A model generated the notes under the pieces. It made no database searches, was not told the origin of the DNA, and saw only the letters and a program-made list of their open reading frames with translations. Positions 45,926 to 59,407 of a stretch of 64,000 nucleotides of DNA are shown here, in pieces. How positions within the stretch are numbered: the first letter of the stretch is position 1; every line of letters starts with the position of its first letter. The position numbers and the translations under genes are program-made. Origin of the DNA: Auanema rhodensis (lineage: Eukaryota; Animalia; Nematoda); contig OZ059899.1 of the NCBI GenBank assembly GCA_964057225.1, positions 7,936,001-8,000,000 of the forward strand. The letters run 5' to 3'.

Positions 45926-47232
45926 TTATACTTTTATTTCCATTGGTTATTTAACCCTTGGAAGTAATTTTTTGCCATATCTTGTCTGTGTATTGTAACT
46001 TTGATAAGATTTCGTTTTTTGCAAGTTGAGCATTTGGGACTTGTAATAATTAACCAAAAAGCAAACATAAAACGATATATAGCTGATGACTATAATAGAA
46101 TATAAATAATTTTTTGTTAAATGAAAGAAAAACAAACTTACAACATCATAAGCATGACTCAAATGAGATGTATCTCGACCAAGATTTTTATGATTAGCAA
46201 TATGTGAATAAAATAACAAACCCATATGACATAACTTAAATATAATAATTGTAATAATAAAAGAAAATTATGTTTACCGTAATTATTAATTTGAAGATAA
46301 TAAGTGGAAAAAGATTTGTTGACGTTGATATATTTTCTTGAATTTGAAATCGAGATGATAATTCAAGAGCATTTTCATGTCGTTGTGTATGAGCTTTCTT
46401 ATTGAATTTAAAAATAAAATATATTCCCTAAAGTAGTGATATGTTTATGAATATAATAAAATATTTTTTGATTTATAAAGAAACTTACAGTTACGACGAC
46501 TATGCTTAGACAAGATTGAAAACCCATTAGCATTAAAGGTGTTATATGTACTGAAAATATAATAAAAATTATTTTTATTTATAATATATAACTTACAAAA
46601 ATTAAAATATGTTAAATACGTTATAACACTACTAAATAATAGCTGAAAAAAAAAATTTTATATAGAATTTAACCTTTCTAATAACTACAAATTAGAAAAA
46701 TATATGAAAACGAACTAGAATTATAGTTACAACAGGACGTAACCATTTATAGGATGTGAAATGTTCATAAGTATTAAATAAAGTTGAAGCAAAAATACGT
46801 TCAATCATTATAACTGACCATGAACTTATTTCTAACCAAAATGTAAATATTGCAATTATTGAAGCTTTCATAATCTATGTTCTTATAGTTATGTTTGAGA
46901 TGTTTAGTTATAACTTACTATTTGAGCATTTGGATCATTGGCAATGCAACATAGACGTGCTGTTACAATTAATATTCTATTTAAAGTTCCCAATGCATTA
47001 TCTATGTTAAGAATAATTATAATTATTCTGAATATATACAAAAAATAAATAAAAACAAAGAAAGAAATAAATATATAATTTACCTGAAGTTAGGATGCAA
47101 CTGTTTTTGACAAAACATAAAATAGTTCACAACAAGAGCACATAATACACTACTTATGTTGATAACATATTCAATAGAATAAAATATATAATTAAAAACA
47201 TCTAATTCGAAATTTGAAGAATTATTTGACAT
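45926..47232 (-). CDS. Nematode serpentine chemoreceptor, Sra superfamily (sre/srab-like), tandem paralog of the 42.5-44.2 kb gene
   Basis: ATG 47232 MSNNSSNFELDVFNYIFYSIEYVINI.. Family motifs IERIFASTLFNTYE, LSSRFQIQENI and C-terminal YFQGLNNQWEIKV*. Intron positions broadly match the neighbouring receptor. Confidence 0.82.
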
Positions 47233-48105
47233 CTACTAAAATAAAATAAATAATATTAACTATATAATATTAGATTTTACCGAATTAAACCAAGAAACAC
47301 GAGAGAATGTTGAATGCAGCGAAGTGATCGCAATCTTCAAGAAGTAGTATTTATAGTTAACTAGTTATTTCAAATGAGGAAATGAAAGAATTTATTAAAA
47401 TTCTCGTGCAAAATAGCGATATTATAGATTTTTGAGAGAGAAAAAAGAATTTTTATAGCTATTCTACCAATTAATTTTCTTTAAGATTATATATATTTTT
47501 TATATGACAGATAGGCACGGAAAAAATGTATTTCACTAGAATATATGTACAAAATTATAGTTCAAAAATTATAATTATTATGTTTAGAAACATTAACAAA
47601 CAAAATAAGATACATATCTTCATAAAGATTATAAATATATATATATATATATATATATTCATTCACATATATATATATAGTATATATAACATATAAATGA
47701 TGTAATTTAACCATATATATATATGTTGTTTGAATCTCAAAATCATATAATTATAATAATATGACAATGTTTTTTCCGTATGATCCAATTTATTAAAAAA
47801 TTTGATATTATATTTACTAGACCATACGTCTATGTACATAGTACTTTTGCAAGCATTTCATGTGAATCTTAGATCAATGTGAATATGTATAAAAGTATTT
47901 ACCTATATACATATGTATACTATATATAAAAATAAAAATAAGATTATACAGTTTATTACACCTACTTCAATATAATTTAAAAAAAAAATACAAAAATCAA
48001 GTATCATTGTTCATAAAACGACAAATTATAATAAAATAATTTATAAGAAAATAAGGAAAAAATATTATTTTATATGGGCAAGAATTTATAAAAACATTTC
48101 TTATG

Positions 48106-49675
48106 TTATGAATTTGAATTTGAATTTGAATTTGAATCAATCATTTTATTTCTTTTTTCTTCTTCAGCTTTTTCAGCTTCTTCTTCTTCTTCTTCTTCTT
48201 CTTCTTCTGCTTCTGTTACAGCTATTGTAATGAAAGGATGTTCTTTAAGATTGGTAGATCCTTTACGAAGATCTTGAACACTTTTCTTCAAATGATGATA
48301 TGTTGGATGAAAATCTTCATGAAATGATGCAATACTCTTAAATTCAAATATAAAGATATAAATAATATTACTTTTGATTGAAAATAACTTTATAAACTCA
48401 CCGTTTGGCTGTCAACAGATGTAAGCGTTGTTTCCGATAATACTTTCTTTGGAGGTTCAATTATCTTTTCTGGAATGTTTTTAATATATTATATTAGATA
48501 TATACATATACTAAACGTTATACCTTTCAGATTTACAGCTGATGATGTTGTTAGTTTTGGTTTTCCATTTACTTTATTTACATCAAATTTATTAGAATTT
48601 GAAATAATTAAACTTAAATAAATATATGTAAACAAGTTCAATTAATGAAATGATTAAACCTTGATAATTTCTTTTTTAATGTTTTTTTAAGTAATGGCTC
48701 TTGAGAATGTGTTTCATCTGGTTCATTTATATATTTCATTGGTGTTGGCTTGAGTCTTGAATTATCAAAGATATTAATAGATAATTTAAAAGATTAACAA
48801 TACCTAACATGACTAACTGATTCTCGTAACTCATTATTTGGCAATTTTCTCGCATCTTCTGAATATAATGGTTGTTTTTTATCATCATAGAATGTATCTC
48901 TAGATAATTGTGGACATGTTCCATACGAATAATCAGCAGCATCTAGTCCAACCTATTCTTGGAAAGTTTATCAAATAATAAATTGTCTTGTTTACCGCTA
49001 TATTTCGATCAATCAAACGATTTGTTTCAAAATCGTCATCATCTTCTCCCAATGGATTTAACATAACTTCAGCTATCTTAAAGATTATTAATGATTTTAG
49101 TTATTTATAATTTACATATTAATATTTTTCAATATTAAAAGAAAGAAATAGCATTATATTTACCTTCATCCAGCCCATATAAAAAATAAATTGCAGAACT
49201 CCATTTAGTGGGAAATAAATATCAACCTGAGTTTCTCAACTTATGCTGCAAAAATAAAAGTTCAAACCTGTTTCTTTGATGTTGCTCTTTCCGGCACAAT
49301 AAATTGTTGTGATAATAAACTTAAAAGGAAAAATGTATGAACTGCCATACAGATTAATTGTGGATAAACTTGTGGAATAGGTACCATATCGTACATAACA
49401 ACACGAGCTATACTCGATCGAAACGATGCAACAACCTAATATTTGAAAATTAAAATAAAATAAAATAAATATATTTGTTGTTATAATTTAGAATTATAAT
49501 TACCTCACTTAATTGACAATGATAATAATCACTTTCTATATATCCTTTTTGTCTTGCTTGATAAATATGTGTTAATGCCCATTGCATGAATAGCCAATTC
49601 TTTCCATATTTAAACTTTTGATTTTCCCATGTATCTTTTTCTATTGGTGTAAGATAGCCTATAATTGCATATTTA

Positions 49676-49742
<67 letters not shown>

Positions 49743-50394
49743 CATAATTAAAAAAAAACGTCATACCAGCTTCAACAACTGAATCAATGGTTGGAAATCG
49801 TCGCCTAACCCTCATAGATATATCACGAAAATACATTACTTGAGATAATACTGAATATCTTAAAATTAAAAATCAAAATATATAATATCTCTTAACTATA
49901 TCAAACCGAATAATTGTTCGACGATACATGATAGCTTCTTCTGATGTTCCTCGAACATAGATAGATGTTTGTAATGCAACGCTAAAATATAATTTTATTT
50001 CAATTGTTATAATAGAAAATATGAGTCATACTTATCAATAAATCCAATTAAATTATACATATTAAGCCATCGATTCAGTACCGCAGTTACAAAAAATCCA
50101 AGCATAAAGCTGAGTGGAATATAATTTAAACTATTTTCGCAATATGCCATTGCTGATTCAAATCTTCTAAAATATAAAAATATATTTTGAAATTAAGAAA
50201 TCATATATCTCTTACAATTGTCCTTTTTCTGATAATGCAAAACGATAAATAAAATTTAATATATAATATAATATAAGCCAAACAATTAATTCAACAAAAA
50301 TACTTTTCCATATACTTCCTTTCCATTTGAATAAAAGTTTGAATAAAGTCCATGGTCTAGATGTTGATACAGATAAATTATAATTAATAGACAT
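48106..50394 (-). CDS. Bestrophin-family Ca2+-activated chloride channel
   Basis: [30 protein letters not shown]; neck [18 protein letters not shown]; [13 protein letters not shown] (RFP motif); [12 protein letters not shown]; YMGWMK|[25 protein letters not shown] (Ca clasp). Spliced low-complexity tail to TAA at 48106. The paralog number cannot be assigned. Confidence 0.95.
49677..49738. repeat. (TA)31 microsatellite inside a bestrophin intron
   Basis: Perfect ta run of 62 nt. Confidence 0.95.
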
Positions 50395-52158
50395 GTTGTG
50401 TATTACCTAAATATTAAAATAAAAAATAAACAAAAAGTAAATAAATATAAATAAATACAATAATATTATAATTAAACTGTTTGAAATAATTATATATACA
50501 TACATATAATCAAGAGTAATACTATGCTAATACTTCATAGAACACACATTCGTTATGATACAACTATTTATGATACAAGTAATACCATTCATATATTTCT
50601 TTCTTTCTTTTTTTCACTTATATACAGTATCAAAATGATTTGTTGGTTAACAAAACTCATACTGAACGAACTTTAAATGTAATCAAAATGAAATAAAAAT
50701 GTTGAAAGTCGAATATACATACATATATACATACATAAAGATGCAGTTAGAGCAATTCGTTTGTATTCTTTGAAGAATGTATTGACAGAGTCCGTAAGAT
50801 TGCCATCCGTCATTTCTCTATTCACTGAACGCTCCTATTCTGATTTAAAAAATCAAACATGGCAGCTACTAGGGCAGATCATCTTGTATGTATGTTTGAT
50901 TTGTTCGCAGATAATTTTCACTTTTGCTCTGTGTTTTCATTGTATTATTTAAAGTTTTTTAGTAGATTCTGGCAATAGTTTGACACAAGAACTAAGAATG
51001 CAAATTCGAAAAAGAAGAGAAATATGCATATATGAATATATAAATATAATACAGTATATATTATGCATTATATATTTATAGTATTATATAATATATTATA
51101 TATAATCAATTAAAATTATAATAAATCTTAACAATACAACAAAACAAATTTATGTTCAAATTTTAATATTAATTTATTTTAATTATAATTATATACATTT
51201 CAAACTTTTTGATTTTTATTCAATAAAAAATATTTATTTAAGTATTAAACGTCATTTTTATAATAATATAAATATAAAGATTATGCTCGGTTGCAACATA
51301 TAAGAAAATAAAAATAAAATAAAAAATATAAAATTTTGATCTAAATTTGGATAATAAGATAAAAGTTTATCAATTCATATGTATCATTTCAAGTAGAAAA
51401 TACTATTGAAACAACATTCTGAATTGGAAAACATGATATACATACCATGTACGTGTTTTCTCTCAAATCTAATTCAGTATCAATACATACAAAATTATAA
51501 TTATAATCAATTACAGTAATAGTTTACTTTTAAATTTTTATTAATCATCGTTTTCTTTTTTTACGGACACGCTTACATCTTCATTCCTTCCGTCCAGCAA
51601 CGACATCATCATTGTCCAGAAGAACATTTTCGTGACCAATTCTCATCTTCTGAGCAAATATTTGAGAAATTCTACGATTCTTTCCAATTCCGGGCAGTTA
51701 CCAGTTATAGACAATAATTCATATGAAGATCTTCATTTTCTCTTTAGCATTCATTCCTATTTAGAGCTTTCGTTCTGAATACAGACTTCCGTCCAGACAA
51801 GCTGTTAAGCGGCTTGCTATAGACGAACATCCATTTTTTTCCTTTTTTTTAAATCAAAATAATTTGAAATTATATATTTTTTATAATATATTTATATATA
51901 ACTATATATATATATATAATTATTCTGATAAGCATTAAATATTTTTTCTTATTAATAAAATAGTTTATAGAAATCGGCGTGATTATTAAGAACTTCTAAA
52001 GCATCGAACACTTACCACACCAATTGACGTGAATTCACATCGTGCATATTAATATTCGAAGAAGTAACTGTTCAAATATACCTATCGGAAAAGATTTTAA
52101 GAATAATATACAGGAACTATTAAATTTCTTTTGGGTTCACTTCGATTTTAAAGAAAAT

Positions 52159-54406
52159 ATGCCGAACGGTTTAATATTTCTCTTTGTTTTATTTCCATTA
52201 TCAGGTAATATTCCATTATTTTTTAATTTTTTATTATTATTCTATAGAATCATGTTCAAATTATCCTAATTTCGCTGGAACTGTCGAACAAATGCTACCA
52301 AAGGCTCGTGGTCAAAGTACTCATTTAGGTTATTTGAAACAGAAAAATCAGTTTTCAATTTCAAAAACTAATTTTTCAGTTGCTAGCCAACCCTCAACCA
52401 TCTCAGCTTCATCTGACCTCAATTGCTATGATTTTGATGATTCTTGTCGATGGAAGAATATGGAAGGTCTGTTTGTGGACGAATTGGACTGGTTTCAGGT
52501 TAGTTTAGCCGGAAAAAAAAATTTCGGGCGGAAATTCATGATTATTTCACGTGAATAACTTCGAACTCTCTATCTTTAGGGGTCAGGTATAATAGATCAA
52601 CAGAAACTATTAGTTGCTACAGGAGCAAACACATTTCCAGGTATTGTTAAAGAAATCTCAACATGAAGTTCATTTTTTTCTTTATTTAGAGGGTATGTAT
52701 GCAATTGTTGGAACTGATACAGCTCAAATACCAACAGCTAAAGCTGTATTCGTGAGTGATATAGTACCATGTCAACGTGGTCCCGGACAATTATCATTCA
52801 TGTATTAAAACTCTTATATATAATATATGAGAATTATAATCAAATTATTTGTAGGTATTGGACAACTCCAGATGTTCGACTCAAAGTTTGCGCTAAAACA
52901 TCAACTAGAATGTTACTTGATTTTAACTACTGTAGTGCTATGATTGAAGGAGGCGATCCAGGTCCAGCTCAAATTGCTATTCCAGAACAAGAGGGATCAT
53001 TTCAAGTTGGAAATTACAAACATAAATAATATAAAATATTTATTTTTCATTTTTTCAGATTTATATAATAGCAGACAATTTTGTTTTTAGTGCTTTTAAC
53101 ATGCAAGGTGGATTTGCTATTATAGATAATTTAGAATATGAAGCAGAATTATGTGAAGCTGAAAAGAATATTGTAAATACTTTCTTTTGAAAACTTCATG
53201 ATTCTTTGTTTATTTTCAGTTCAATAATAATTTGGAAAGCTTAAGTAACATTAATGATCCCACTGATGCACCATTATTCCCAACTTTATCTGTGAAAGCA
53301 TTAGATACTGAAACTACAACTAAACCATTTATGTATATATCTCCGTCGGTATTACTACTTCTGAACAAAAGAAAATATTTTAAGTGTTCTTTCTTTCAGA
53401 TTAATCGATTAAAAAGCTCATTTACTCCAACTGTCTCTCAAGATCCACTAGAATCATTGGCTAATCACGATTCTTTCCACAGCCTTCAGCCTTCAGTTCA
53501 ACGAGATGTAATTCCTAGCATAGTAGCAGCTTGTGAAGCTTTAACATGTTCCTTTAATAGTTCACAAACTTGTGTACAGTATGTTTCATTGAATTGTGAA
53601 GAGCATCGTCTAGTTTCATTCTTTTCATAGATTTGCTGTCACGTCATCATGGATGGTGTCTCGAAGACCTGTTGGAAATCCTTTGACTGGAATTCGAGGA
53701 GATGCATCTGAACTTCCTTTTAACCGAGGTTTGTTAATATTTTTTATTTATAATTCTTAATAATATATGTAATCTTATAGATGGATCATTTGCTTTTATA
53801 AATGGACCAACAAAATATTCCAGACTTATTACGCCACCATTTTATTTGGATCGTAATGCTCTTTTTGTATTTTCATATCATAAGGTATTGAATAGAATAT
53901 GAATTAAAAAATAAATTTTAACTATTATTTCCTTATAGGTTGATAGAAACTCATCATTTCGTCTTTATGCTAAAAGAACTGATAGTTCTCAAGAAACATT
54001 ACTATTTGAGGTAATTTGAATTAATTAACTATTTCAATTATGTTAAATAAGAAATTATTCTGTGAATTACAATATATTATTAGATTATAAATAATTTTTT
54101 TTTCATTATCTGATTTTATTTTTGAAGGCCCCTCAAATTAACAAAGAATCACGACGATGGTTCCGCGAAGGACGTGACCTGTTACGTGGACAATATGATT
54201 ATGTAAGTTCATTCATAATAACAATCAAATACATAAATAGTTAAATTATAAATTATTTGAATTAAAAGAAATTTTTAAAATTTGTATTTTCAATACTTCA
54301 GATAGCATTTGAAGTTCGTAATCTTGCTATGAATAACTATATGGGAGTAGATGAATGGATGATTGTTGATGATGGTCGAAGAGCATTTTGTCTGAATCAA
54401 GGATGA
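52159..54406 (+). CDS. Secreted protein with two MAM-like domains (nematode mam-type extracellular matrix protein)
   Basis: Signal-like MPNGLIFLFVLFPLSES. Domain 1: LNCYDFDDSCRWKN..DELDW..LSFMYW..GGFAIIDNLEYEAELC. Ser/Thr/Pro linker. Domain 2: CEALTCSFN..W..GSFAFINGP..SRLITPPF..FVFSYH..YMGVDEW..FC. TGA ends 54406. All introns GT-AG. Confidence 0.82.
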
Positions 54407-54967
54407 TTTGAAATAGAGGAATATGAAAATTCTTTTTATTTTGAAAATGCTTTCATATCAGTAATTAAGATCTCGAGTTATAGAAGTTCAGAAAACTTAA
54501 TTGTTATCAAGCTTTCCATTTTTGTTTTTTTCTTAATTTTAATATTTTTAAGTAAAATTGAAAGCTTTTTCTTAACATATATATAATATATATATAAATT
54601 TTTATAAATTGTTTAACTGATTTTTAAAAAAAAAGTTATTTCATCAAAAACAATTTTAATAAAAAAAATTTATTTTATCATTCCCCTTCTTTCTTTTTCT
54701 TCTTTCTTTACATATGCATGTATCAATACTTAATCATATCATATGAAAAACTAATGATTGTTTACAGTTTGTTTATCTGTGACCAAAAGATGAAAAGGAA
54801 ATATATTCTAGATATTCTGGCGTGGAGGACGTTGTGTGTATGTCTGAAATCATTGTTAACTAAAAGTCCATCCTACAAATCAACATCGGTATTATTGAAG
54901 GTAATAATTATAAAATGCATAGTAAAGTATGCAAATATATGTTTTCTATGTTATAAAATCATATAAA

Positions 54968-54970
<3 letters not shown>

Positions 54971-55005
<35 letters not shown>
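54971..55005. repeat. (TA)n microsatellite
   Basis: About 17 perfect ta units. Confidence 0.9.
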
Positions 55006-55012
<7 letters not shown>

Positions 55013-58000
55013 GAAAAAGAGAAAGAGTTACTGTTACTTAAATCTTATATGTGTCTGCTCTACTGCCAACATCTGTATTCTCGTTTCAAACAGGTGAATG
55101 GCAGACGAGCTAGCAAAGCCTTCATGCCATGTCTTTCAACGTCCTTCGGAACAAGCCAGATGCACAACCACATGTTTTGTCGCCTTTTTACGATTCAATA
55201 CCAACTAAATTGGTAATAAATCTGACAATTATTTAGTATTCAAAGCTTCTTTTCTATATTTTATGTTTTAGCTTGAACATTTAATATTTATATTCCTTTT
55301 TGAGAAAAAAAGTATGTTCATTACAAGCAAATAAGTTAAGTATGTTGCGAAATCGATGTGAAATTCAAAAAAACATTCAAATATCTTAAAATATATAAGC
55401 AATATTCAATGAAAATATATGAAAAGATACATTGTGTTTCAAACAATTGATCTGGAATTGCGACATTCACCTAGATTGAAGAATAAACCGACCTAGATAA
55501 GTTATTGTGGCATGGTTTTGGATTACGTAAACGATAACAAGGAGATGAGGATGACAATCATCAAAACTACATCATTCGGAGGGCTGCGACATCCATGTTA
55601 GAGAATCTATGCAGAAACGACTCCATTGCAGATATCGGGAGATAGAAAGAAATTGAAACAACCTTGACGAGTTCAGGACGAGTGCGGAAGATCACAGTGA
55701 ACTGTGTCGACATGCACGAATACAAGTGAGTGAATAAAGCCCCCCACCTTCGGTGTGACGGAGCGAAGACCTCGATGATTCTCCTCATTACCTAGCATGT
55801 CGTTGTCCTCGGTCGGCGTCTTCAATGTCGACCAGGCAAACAATTTGTCGTCAAGTTGTTTCAAATACAGACATTTCAACGTAAATATCGGTGTTAGATT
55901 GAGATGGTCTAGCACCAGTAGTTCTTTTCTGCCGTTGTTTTGACCCAGATCATAAGAAAAAATTGAACAAAGAATTTTTTCGAAGACGTTGTGCCATGAA
56001 CTGCGAATGACCCATAAAAACGTGCCAGGTTCCAAGCCGCATTGCCTTATGTATGTTGATGTCCTTTTCGAGGACAAACAAGGATCTACAGTGTCGTCGA
56101 AGCAATTGAAGTTTAAATATTCTGAATATTACATTCTTGCAGAATAGTTGATCACTAGCAAATATGCAAATTCATAACACCCCAGTTCTTAGTTTTACAG
56201 AGTTTTGCCAATATCAGAAGCATGATATTCTGATTGTTTTTTGAGTTAGCTAAAACAATAAAGCTTAATTAAGTATGATTTTAAACTTTAAGATTATCTT
56301 GATGAAGTTCACAGAATTTAATTATTTTGATTTTTCCCCCCTTTTAATGATTTGAGTAACCAATTTTTTTAAAAGACTACCAAAAACTGTACTTTTAAAA
56401 GTTCCAGCTGGGTGATGAAAATTGTCACAAGGTCGTACGTTAAATATGATGTTGAGATAGAGAGGTAGAGAATTTTAGACAGACAAATGACAGAAAATAT
56501 AATGAAATAGGAAGAAAGAAAGAGTTACAGAGATAGAAATAGTAGAAAAAGAGAGATACAGTAGAAGAGGAGCAGAGCATTCAACTCGCACACTCAAACA
56601 GTGATATGATGATGAGCGAATCGAGGTTCTATCACCAACTGTTTCTATGTTTCCTTTTCTTCTATAGGCTCTAGTCAAGACTATGCCGGTCCGTGTCAGC
56701 CGGTTCCATCGTCACCTCGCGGTAGCGTGTTCTTTTCGGAAGGCATGGATATATCATCCATTAGAGACAGGTACGACATCGACGGCGACCATGTCCAGAG
56801 ATAGAAGTTGCGTCCGTTAGTTTCTGACTTATTTGATGACCATAATAGGTAATAGTCAGAATGGTTCAAGTTCAGGCAACATGCATGTCTGAGGAATACA
56901 GAAATAAGAATTAATAGATAATGTAGAAGATTTCAGACAGGACAAGAAAATGATGAAGATGACACACTTATCATCATAGATACAACATGGTTTACAAAGT
57001 GCAACAGCACTTAAACTCGTTAAAGCAATATTTTCTTTCTCGGTCGAGGTTATATATGTTCAACTTAGTTTTGTCAACACACACAGTATTAAGATCATTT
57101 TTTTCTTTCTTAACCCTTTAAACGATTTATAAAACTGTTTCAAATCACGCCGACTTTCATAATTTTTTTTGCAAAAAAAAGCTTTTTTTCACGTATGACA
57201 CATTTTTTAACATGATGATGATGATGATGATGAAGTGAAAAACGTTCTACAGAATTAGTTTCAGAGATCCACATTGATTCTAAAACCTGTTATCAATGAA
57301 TTCCTTTTGCAAGAGGTCAAAGGTCTGAATATTAGCATCTCCCCAACTTAAAACAAGCTTTTATTTTGATTTTTTTTAACTTGCAGCATTTTTTTTTATT
57401 TGGGCATTAAAACCTTTTTTTTCTTATAAAGTTTTCTCTTTCATAAAATTTTGTTCGAAACCATTTTCTCTTTTCAATCTCAATTAGAAACGATCCTTCT
57501 GGAGGGGTTGTCCTATAGGAAGCGAATGGAAATCCGATCGACCTACACTCACAGTTTTTTGTCGTGTCCTATGCGTACTAGGAGAGGTCTTGTCATCCAA
57601 TGGTTTCGACCTTCTGTTTAAGGTTTCATTTCTATTACAAATATGAAGCTTCTTTTTATTTTTTTACATTCAAAAAAAATTGTTAATTATTTAATTTTAA
57701 TTATATCAACTTTCAGTTTAATTTATATATTATTTCCTAGATTCTTATAATTATTATTAAATACATTTTATGAATCAACTTCTCATTTTTACAAACATGA
57801 TGCTACTATGCTTGTCCTTCGTCTCATTGTCTGAACGTCACATCAAACTCTTATTTGGAACTCTATGTTTGGTATCTTCCAACCAACACCTATCTCACCA
57901 TATAGTTCCTCTCGATTTTTGCATTATGTCCTTGACTTAGTTCATTTATCAAGTTCAATTAGGTTAAACTTTTTTTCATCAAGTTCATATTTATGTATGT

Positions 58001-59407
58001 TTCATGATTTATTGATAACAACATTTTTTAGTTTCAATTATTCATCTGTATAGATTCATCCCAAAAACTTAAAATTACAAATAACTCTTATCTTTTACTC
58101 TAAACAAATCGTTTAATTGTATAAATTCATGAAATATTTGTCAAATATAACATTTCCTTATTGCATATTACTTGAATGACCTCTTGCTCAATGATACATC
58201 CTGTTTCATCCTTTTGTTTAAAACTTGCCCTATTTCGAACACCAAACATCGCAACATCCTGACACCAAACTATGCCACCGGCTATGTAATCCTCGTTCAC
58301 GCCATCTGTTATCACATACATCATCATCTGAATGATCAGAATCACAACGACAACAACATACTGCGATGATGAGGACATCACTGTGATGTCTGATGAGCGT
58401 GTAGACATTCGTACGTCTAATGAGAGCGTGTGATGTATACAACATACATACCTATCTCATCATTTCAATCATCACATCATTTATTTGATAATGTCAAACA
58501 ACATCCATACTCCAATTTTACTTTTTCTTCTTTTTTTTCTGTTTTCTTTTCTTCTATTAACCCCCTCCCTTTTCACGAGTTGATTTCTGTGTTCTTTAAT
58601 CATTAAATCATAAAACCACTTCATGTTTTCCTTATTTTTCTTGAAAATTATTAATATTTTACTTTAAAATATTATTTTATTATTAAAAATTATTTATTTA
58701 AAAATGACTTATATTTATTTTGTTTTCTTCAATAATTTTGAATGCTTTCTTTTGAATTCAAACATTTAATGGATTTTATGACAATCATTTCTTAATCCTT
58801 ACTTCATTCTTGAATTACAAGGTGTTTCAAATTTCGGATCATATTTATGAATTTACTATAATCTTCTTATTCAGGAAGTATAGTAAAATAAAACAATATG
58901 CTAGATCGCAACCACAGCAATGACCAACTAGAATAGGATGTAAAACCTTGCTCTGGATTCGAAAAAGGGGGGGGGGGGTGGAAGGCCCTTTTCACCGGTA
59001 AGCAAAAGTCGGTCACTTTCGCCGTTTGACCCTTTTCTTGGTCGTGCGAGTGTCCATTGCCTAGAGGGCGGATGGATTCAATCCACGGGACGACCTTGAA
59101 ATCCAAGTGGTCATAGTGGAAGGAAGGTGGACATCCAATCCTCCATCCCTCTCCTTTAACGCTTTTAACCTCTCATTCCCTCCTTGAACTGAAATCATTG
59201 TCATATCCAGAAGATTACTCCGGTAATACAGAGATAATAGATAAACTCAAAAAGATATATATAATATTCTAAACTATATTTAATTCTATTCGTATTATAT
59301 ATTATTATTGTTGTTATTGTTGTTGATTTAAGTTTCAATATCCTTTTTCATTCGTTTTGTACAATTTATCGTCTTTTCTTGAAACCAATTTCATTTTCAA
59401 GGGTAAT

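Noticed and set aside
49450-49836. ORF containing (IY)n
   Set aside because: Read-through of a bestrophin intron containing the (TA)31 microsatellite.
58967-58978. G12 tract (and C13 at 26413-26425) as a G-quadruplex
   Set aside because: Too short for a canonical three-tier intramolecular G4; treated as simple homopolymers.
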